Origin: Thraustochytrium aureum | Taxonomy: Eukaryota | DNA length: 64,000 nt | Assembly (NCBI GenBank): GCA_012862495.1 | Contig: BLSG01000298.1 | Span: forward strand, 1 to 64,000 | Reading direction: 5' to 3' | Shown here: positions 56,425-64,000 of the stretch, in pieces | Position numbering within the stretch: the first letter of the stretch is position 1 | Layout of the letters: each line of letters starts with the position of its first letter | Translations under genes and position numbers: made by a program | Notes under the pieces: model-generated | Database searches by the model: none | What the model was told of the DNA's origin: nothing | What the model saw: only the letters and a program-made list of their open reading frames with translations

Positions 56425-59400
56425 ATGGACAAACTGCTTGCGTCTGCGCTGCAGCTCGCGCTCGGCGCGAGGGACGTCGCGTCGCGCGCGCAAGGCATCA
56501 GCGCGAATACGGTGAATGCCACGATGTCGACCGCTGTTGTCAAGCAGGGCGTAGTGCCGCCCGCGGTCCGCAAGGCAGTTGAGGCGGTGAGCCGCGCCTT
56601 TGGCGCTGGCGTGGCCGCTCTGTTCGCCTGGTACCTGGCCTTCATGCTGCGCTACAAGATGCAGCAGGCGCGCAGCACGCTCCCGCTTGCCCCAGGCCCG
56701 ACGCCGCTCCCAGTGCTGGGCGACCTCAACCTCGTGCTTGCCGAGAAGTCGGACGGGAACGGCANNNNNNNNNNNNNNNNNNNNNNNNNNNNNNNNNNNN
56801 NNNNNNNNNNNNNNNNNNNNNNNNNNNNNNNNNNNNNNNNNNNNNNNNNNNNNNNNNNNNNNNNNNNNNNNNNNNNNNNNNNNNNNNNNNNNNNNNNNNN
56901 NNNNNNNNNNNNNNNNNNNNNNNNNNNNNNNNNNNNNNNNNNNNNNNNNNNNNNNNNNNNNNNNNNNNNNNNNNNNNNNNNNNNNNNNNNNNNNNNNNNN
57001 NNNNNNNNNNNNNNNNNNNNNNNNNNNNNNNNNNNNNNNNNNNNNNNNNNNNNNNNNNNNNNNNNNNNNNNNNNNNNNNNNNNNNNNNNNNNNNNNNNNN
57101 NNNNNNNNNNNNNNNNNNNNNNNNNNNNNNNNNNNNNNNNNNNNNNNNNNNNNNNNNNNNNNNNNNNNNNNNNNNNNNNNNNNNNNNNNNNNNNNNNNNN
57201 NNNNNNNNNNNNNNNNNNNNNNNNNNNNNNNNNNNNNNNNNNNNNNNNNNNNNNNNNNNNNNNNNNNNNNNNNNNNNNNNNNNNNNNNNNNNNNNNNNNN
57301 NNNNNNNNNNNNNNNNNNNNNNNNNNNNNNNNNNNNNNNNNNNNNNNNNNNNNNNNNNNNNNNNNNNNNNNNNNNNNNNNNNNNNNNNNNNNNNNNNNNN
57401 NNNNNNNNNNNNNNNNNNNNNNNNNNNNNNNNNNNNNNNNNNNNNNNNNNNNNNNNNNNNNNNNNNNNNNNNNNNNNNNNNNNNNNNNNNNNNNNNNNNN
57501 NNNNNNNNNNNNNNNNNNNNNNNNNGGGGCGAGAAGATCGACAATCTGACCGCTCAGCTCAAGCGCGAGTCGATGAACATGGCCATGCGTGTTCTCTTCG
57601 GGAAGCGGTTCGGCGCGAACGAGACGCAAGACTTCAAGGACCTCAAGCATTGCGTCGAGTGGTTCTTTTGCAACCTGAGCTCGGGCAACCCCTCGGACAT
57701 GCTGCCCTGGCTCAGGGCTTTGCCCAACCCCTTCCTGCGCAAGGCTCAGGAGACGGCGGACTTGCGCGACCGGGTCCTTGGCAATCTCATCGCAGAGCAC
57801 CGCGCAGAGTGGGACGACTTGCGAAACCGCGGGCTGATGACCTCGCGCACCGAGGGGCGCGGCATGCTCGACCAGTTCTTTTTCGACCAGGTGGAAGGCT
57901 TCGAAGCCAAAGACGAAGCGACAGGGACCATGAAGCGCATGTTCCTCACCGAGGACGAGACGCACGTTTGCGTGTGGGATATCATCTTCGCGATGACCGA
58001 CACGACAGCGACCACGAACGAATGGCTCATTTACCACATGATCAACCACCCCGAGGTCCAGGCCAAGGTTCACGAGGAGCTGGACCGTGTTGTGGGCCGC
58101 GACCGCTTGCCCACGCTGGACGACAGGGAAAACCTGCCCTACCTCTGGGCCGTGCTCAAGGAGGTGATGCGCTTTCGCATTGTGTCGCCGATCATGGCTC
58201 CCCACTACGCCGTCTCGGACGTTACGCTCCACGACACAACGGGCAAGGAGTTCCTCGTGCCTCAGGGCACAACAATCTACATGCACGGCTACAGCATGGG
58301 GCTCGACCCCGAGCTTTGGGACAACCCCCTCGAGTTCAACCCTGACCGCTGGTTCACCAAGCGCAACCAGGGCCTCGACCTGTACGGCCAAGTCAAGCGC
58401 CAGAACGTCGAGCACTACAAGTTCATCCCGTTCTCGCTGGGGCCGCGCATGTGCCCGGGCTACTCGTTCGCCAAGGTGGCCCAGTTCATCCAGTCGGCCG
58501 TCATCATGGGTTCCTTCAGCTGGCGCCTCACCAAGGACGCTCGCAAGATCGCCCCGCAGTTCACCGTTGACGGCCAGCTCGACATGACCGAGGACTGGGG
58601 CCTCACCATCATGCCCCGTCGATACGGCGAGATGGGCCTCATCGACGCTGTGAGTCGCCCTTGGGCCTCCCTTTGCCGCGCACAAGACGGCGATGTGGAC
58701 TTTTCGAACCGGTTCCTCCGCCGGGATGTGCGGCAACAGGTGCACCTCGTCTCCAAGGAGCCGCTCTCAGCCGACACCGCTCTTCTTCGCTTTGCTCTCC
58801 CAGACAGGACGCAGGTGCTGGGGCTTCCGGTTGGCAAGCACTTTAAGATTTACATGCCCAACCTCGCCGGGATCGAGTCGGGCCAGTGGAACGGCCGAGA
58901 CGACCCAGAGGCGCACAAGAACGAGATTGAGCGAGCGTACACGCCCACCTCCGCAGACGAAGATGTCGGTTTTGTCGACCTCGTTGTGAAGTTCTACCGC
59001 CCTGCGGAGAAGATCCGATTCCCGGACGGCGGCAAGGTCAGCCAGCAGCTCGACCGGCTGATCCTCGGCGACTCCATCGAGATCGCGGGACCCTTTGGCC
59101 TCATCGAGTACCAGGGCAGTTCGACCTTCAAAGTGGGGTCGAGCCGAACGATCACCAAGAAGATGGTCGGGATGATGGCTGGCGGGTCGGGCATAACCCC
59201 GATGCTGCAGATCCTCAACGCTGCGCTCAGCGACCCGGCGGACGAGACGCTTTTTTCTCTTCTCTACGCCAACCAGACCGAGGAGGACATCCTTGTGCGC
59301 GACCGCTTGGAGGCGCTCTTGGCAGCGCATCCCGAGCGATTCCGCCTGCACTACACGGTCGACCGCGCCACGGAGGGCTGGGCCTACTCCACGGGCTTTA

Positions 59401-59549
59401 TCGACGCGGACATGATCCGCGCCTACATGCCGCCGGTCTCTGACGAGACGGCCATCCTCCTCTGCGGCCCGCCGCCGATGGTCGAGTTCGCGTGCAAGGC
59501 CAACCTCGCCAAGCTCGGCTACGCCAAGGACTCCATCCTCACCTTCTAA
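56425..59549 (+). CDS. cytochrome P450 - NADH:cytochrome b5 reductase (FNR-like) fusion protein; gap 56765-57525
   Basis: P450 part: TM anchor plus PGPTPLPVLG hinge, I-helix FAMTDTT, EVMR (ExxR), FNPDRW and FSLGPRMCPG (heme Cys). It continues in frame into the reductase part: LGLPVGKH, RAYTPTS, GGKVS, AGGSGITPM, LYANQTEEDIL, YTVDR and CGPPPM. The start codon is uncertain. Confidence 0.93.
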
Positions 59550-59634
59550 ATCGAACCCATCTCCTTCCCAGCAGCCCCAGCGCCATTCGCCCGGCGCCGC
59601 ACTGCGTCGTTCAACGCGGGTCTGGCATGCAACT

Positions 59635-59660
59635 CATCCATCCATCCATCCATCCATCCA
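59635..59660. repeat. (CATC)n microsatellite, about 6 units
   Basis: Read directly from the sequence; lies 3' of the P450 fusion gene. Confidence 0.9.
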
Positions 59661-60167
59661 GCCCCTTTGGCTTGACGCTTGGGCGATGCCGGCGAACTTG
59701 TTCTTTCTGTTCGTTTCGAGATGGGCGTTGGGCGCGTTGCGGTGAGGGACGAGCGAGCAGGACCGCTTCGCCAGCGAGGGCTCGGCTCCGACGGGGAGCG
59801 CCGCGCAGCGCATCGCTTTTGACGCTGCTAGTCCCCTGTACGCGGCCGCCGGCTGGCGCATCGGGCGGCACCGCTGTGGGGCCCTTTTGTTTTGGTTTTT
59901 TGACGTGCTTTTNNNNNNNNNNNNNNNNNNNNNNNNNNNNNNNNNNNNNNNNNNNNNNNNNNNNNNNNNNNNNNNNNNNNNNNNNNNNNNNNNNNNNNNN
60001 NNNNNNNNNNNNNNNNNNNNNNNNNNNNNNNNNNNNNNNNNNNNNNNNNNNNNNNNNNNNNNNNNNNNNNNNNNNNNNNNNNNNNNNNNNNNNNNNNNNN
60101 NNNNNNNNNNNNNNNNNNNNNNNCTGGTCCGGTGCTGTGGGCGCGCGCTTAGCGCTTGGAGAAGGCG

Positions 60168-63100
60168 ATGGGCAACGCCAATGTCTCGAGCGGCGGGTGC
60201 AAGTGCCTCTGGGGGTATGACAGAGATGAGCTGAGACAGGCCGCCGAGGCGTTTGTCGCGAGGGCGCAGGGTAGCGCCAAGGAGGCTGCCGGAGCGTCGT
60301 TTGGTGTGCCACGGGCGCACGTCAAGAGCATTGCTGTGCGCGGCTCGAGGATCGATGGGCCAAATGCCGCGAAAACCACTTCCAGCAAACACTCGGCTCG
60401 CTCTGGTAGCACCAAGGCCAAGGACATCGAAAGTAAAGCCGAAGCCGATGCATTTGGCGAGCACGAAGGCAAAGGGGAGAGCAGCGAGGAGGAAAGCGAA
60501 GAACATGCGCATGGGTGCGGCTGGTTTGCCTGCCCGTTCAACGTTGCGGACTCCACAGCCGTTGACGGGTTCCAACTCCTCAGCACCCTGTGCCTCTTTT
60601 CCTGCTTGAGCGACCACGACAAGCTCGCTTTCCTCTTCCGGCTCTTCGACTTTGAGAAGCGCGGAAGCCTCACTTACGACGAGCTGTTTCTTGTGCTTGA
60701 CAGCTGCGCTGCGGGGGCAGAACGATTTGGTGGCTTTGACTCGCCAAACACGACCGAGCTGGAAAGCGTTCTGGAATGCCTTTTAGAAGCGGCGCCCAAA
60801 GGCTCGAGAGACGCAGGCCGTCTCAGTCGGTTTGCGTTCGTCAATAACACGTCGGTTAGGCTCCACCGTTGGCTGCTGGTCTTTGTAGCAGCCTTGGAGC
60901 GTTTCAGTGCCTCGCGCCCGGGCTTGCGGGACGAAGGCCGCCTGCTCCACACCGTGCCTCTCGCGCCAGCGGGTTGCTCTGGCGCCCTCCCCGACGACCT
61001 CGTCCTCGTTGGAAAGCCCCACGAGGCGCCTTCTCAAGCAAGGAACCTCGGCGTCGCAACGACGGCAAACGGGGCCCGCGCGGCGGTCTATCTCCGGTCG
61101 GGCGCTCTTGCTCAAATCGTCGCCGGCATGATCTGCTTTTACAGCAAGGGGGGCGAGGATGGCGCTGCTCCAAGGCACTATTGGCATCACACAGAGCCCA
61201 TTGAAAAGACCGAGTACTGTTGGGACGCCGACGTCCTCCTCACGGCGTCCTCGACCCGCCTGGCCGTGTGGATCGAGGCCGACGGCGGCCTGCGGCTTGT
61301 CACCTCGCTAGCGATAGCGCAACCCGGCTGTGCGGCGCTCGCGTGGGCCGCGCCGGACCGACTTGCCGTCGTTTACAACTGGGGCGCCTTGGTCGTTCTC
61401 CGCGTCGATGTGGAATCTGGCACCGCCACAGAGCTGCTGGCCATGCCGGTACCGCGAAGCTGCGTCCGCGGCGTGGCCTTTCTTGCCACACCAGACGACG
61501 TCGTCGTTTGCGGAACAGGTGGATACGTTGAGTTTTTCTCCGTCGTCAACTTGTCGCGCAGGGTGGGGCACGCCAGCACAGCGCTCGTATGCCCGGACGC
61601 ATACGCAGCGCTCTCGTTCGAGTCGGCAGCCTTCCAGCCCAACGGCGGCGCTCTCGTTCTTGGCGGCAGCGACGGGCGCCTGTACATCTGGACGGGCACC
61701 CAGCTAACCCGACGGGAGGAGGCGCATCGCGGCCAAGCTATCATCGCCCTGCAGAGTTGCTCTCGCGGGTTTTGCTCAGCTGGGTCCAAAGACGGGGTCA
61801 TCCGCCTCTGGAGCATTAATGCAAGCCTCGTTGCCTCATTTGAGACAATGGGGGATGTCAACACGCTCGAGCCCGGCGTGAAGATGGTGTGCTGGTCCAA
61901 GGACGGGACCCGCATCGCAGTCACGACAGCAGCAAACGAACTCTTCCTGCTCAACGGGATCAACGGCGCCAACGTGTCCTCCAAGACTGACGACACAACC
62001 GCGTTCTCCGTGGGCCACGCTGGGATGACGGCCAGCTTTGCAGATGCCAAGCGCGACGTCCTCTTGACGACTGGCGCGGACTGCACGCTCAAGCTCTGGG
62101 ACCTGAGCTCGGGGACAATTGTGTCAACGTGCATGCTTGAGAGCCCTGGTTGCTGTCTTGCAACTGCCCCGCTCGTCGACCCCACTTCCTCCGCCCGTCA
62201 CTGGATACCCCAGTCTCGCCCAGACACCGTACTGTGCTGCGCAGTGGGCTTGCAAGCGAGCTGCGTCGTCATCGAGCGCGACGCGGAGGCCGCTGTCTGG
62301 ACACAAATATTTTCCACCCCATGCTCGACGCCACCCAAGTGCGTGGCGCTCTCGCCGTGCGCACGTTTCCTCGCCGTTGATGACCGCATCTTTGACCTCA
62401 AGTCTGGCACGCTCCACGGGACCTGCCCCGCGCTCTCTGAAGCGCGGGACAATTTTTTCTTCACCACTGCTCCACGACGGGGACACTGGAGGCTCCACGT
62501 CGAGGACGAGGTCTTCGACCTCGTCATGAAGGGCTGGTTTCGCGACAAGGGCATCAAGCCTGTGAAACCCTCGACGCTGTCCCGCGAGCGCGCCAGAGCC
62601 GCAAAAGCAAGCGCCAAGGCGAAGCCGGCTGTAGTTGCCGCCGATCAGGCAGGGATGCCTATCAAAGAGGAACGGGGGGACGGCGAACCCGTCGAGGAGG
62701 AGCAGGTTCGCATCGACTCGGTCAATGCAAGCGCAAGCGCTCGATTCCTCGCCCCGGGCGAAGGCGGCGCTGTCGAGCGCACCATATTGTTCTCGCCAAG
62801 CGACGGTGCCGTGATCCACTTTGCAAACCACTGCCAGCTTTCCAGCGCCGCGCTAGGCCAGGAGTCTCCTCGCAACCGAGGGCACTTGCGCTTCACAGCG
62901 TGGGAGGACTCGGCTTTGGCCAGCGTGCAAGGAGCAAAAGCCCCAGTTGGTGACGGCATTGCTTCTGATGCAGAGTCTGGTTTGATCGCCTACGCTGCTG
63001 GCACGAGCATCGTTGTATCAAGCCCGGGAGACCGCGGCCCTGCGGAGTCTGGGGCGCCTCGAGCGGCAAAGTACCTCACGCTGCCCACCGACTTGACTTC

Positions 63101-64000
63101 AATCTCGAGCGCGCGGAGTGCCGACAAACCTGTTTGGCGCCTTGCGGCTGCTTGCCGGGGCAATGTTGTTTGCTGGGACGTTGGCCTTCCTGAGACTGGC
63201 GCTCCTGTAGCGCCTGCCTGCCACCTGGTGTCTCGCACCGAGATCCCCCGCGCGTTCGTGGAGCAAGTTGTCCTCACTAGAAATGGGCGCGCCATGGCTC
63301 TGATCGGGAGCGACGCAAACCTGCATATCGCGTTCTGCGAGACGGGGCAAGTCTTTGCGTCTGCGCCGCTATTGCTCAGCCCTGCGATGCTGTCGAGGAC
63401 GCAAACGACCGCCCAGACCGCGCGCCGGCGCAACGTCAGCTTTCCGATGCTGACGCGGTCGGGGCTCCCTCGGCGACGCTGTCTGCATTGTTGAGGTTCT
63501 CACAGGCCTCTCAAAGTGGGTCATTCACCGTTTGTCGGGGCGTTCGGTGTCGGCGTGGATCGGCGACCACTCGTGCCCGCTAACTTGCGTCGACGGAGAC
63601 TGGGTGGGAGATGAGCGCGGCTCCTTGTGGCAGGTCACTTGTTCAAGAAGCGGCCGGGGCGCTCTGCGTCTGGTTGCTCGTGAAGCACACGACAGCGGGC
63701 CTGTTGTCGCGCTCCGCGGGCGGACGACCGCGAGCCGAGACGGAGTGCTCCGCATTTGGAGCGAAGACGGAATCGTGTTGAGCACGGTGCCATGCCAGAA
63801 AGGCCTCGGACGCTTACTGGCGACAGGCGATGAGGAAGAAGAGCGGTCGAATGTCCATGCAGTCAGTGCCATTGCAGCGATTCTAGACGGGCACAAGGTG
63901 GTCGACGTGCGGACGAGTCCTCCCACCGTGGTCACGAGCAGCCACAGCAAGATCAAAGGCGTGGCTTTTGCAGAAGACGCACCCGAGTCGCGGGCACGGG
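60168..64000 (+). CDS. large EF-hand + WD40-repeat protein (EML/CFAP-like), frameshifted near 63400-63540, truncated by window end
   Basis: N-terminal MGNANVS; calcineurin-B-like DKLAFLFRLFDFEKRGSLTYDEL; WD repeats GGSDGRLYIW, GSKDGVIRLW and TTGADCTLKLWD. A downstream frame has TASRDGVLRIWS and stays open to 64000. Confidence 0.75.

Noticed and set aside
58650..58739. Possible GTGAGT...CAG intron at the P450/reductase junction that might separate the domains
   Set aside because: It is 90 nt and in frame, so splicing would preserve the fusion anyway. It also encodes the FL...Q..L..K start typical of b5 reductase FAD domains.
56652..58745. Long antisense ORFs opposite the P450, SPP, ABCC and LIM genes
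   Set aside because: These are shadow ORFs caused by strong GC3 codon bias of the sense genes.
7820..63540. Widespread frameshifts (PEX14, FAN1, PAS protein, hypothetical, NMO, ABCG, WD40) as programmed frameshifting or mass pseudogenisation
   Set aside because: Most fall on homopolymer runs (for example 9285, 25447, 27725, 28670, 38367, 41813, 50648), go in both directions and hit normally essential genes whose motifs are otherwise intact. This is typical of pyrosequencing-type errors in a draft assembly.

Overview
This is GC-rich, gene-dense, intron-poor eukaryotic genomic DNA from a gapped draft assembly. The evidence is short GT-AG introns with CTGAC branch sites plus PEX14, separase and the flagellar RSPH9. 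A flagellated protist such as a thraustochytrid or other stramenopile is my inference, not a demonstrated identity. About 20 protein-coding genes are recognisable: a bZIP factor, eIF3g-like, PEX14, signal peptide peptidase, a Nudix hydrolase, ABCC and ABCG transporters, FAN1, a TmcB-like PAS membrane protein, separase, a nitronate monooxygenase/FabK-like flavoprotein, an L-type lectin, a LIM/coiled-coil tail-anchored protein, a leishmanolysin-like protease, an ML-like secreted protein, RSPH9, a P450 fusion, an EF-hand/WD40 protein and hypotheticals. Many genes are broken by single-base frameshifts, mostly at homopolymers, which look like sequencing errors. The standout is a membrane-anchored cytochrome P450 fused in one uninterrupted frame to an NADH-cytochrome b5 reductase domain, with no visible b5, flavodoxin or Fe-S shuttle; it is a candidate unusual self-sufficient P450. 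Other unusual architectures are PEX14 with a PUB domain, separase with an inserted SAP domain, and a bZIP with a DOG1-like tail. A strand-oriented (GGCA)n motif sits upstream of several start codons. I found no rRNA, tRNA, CRISPR array or mobile element.
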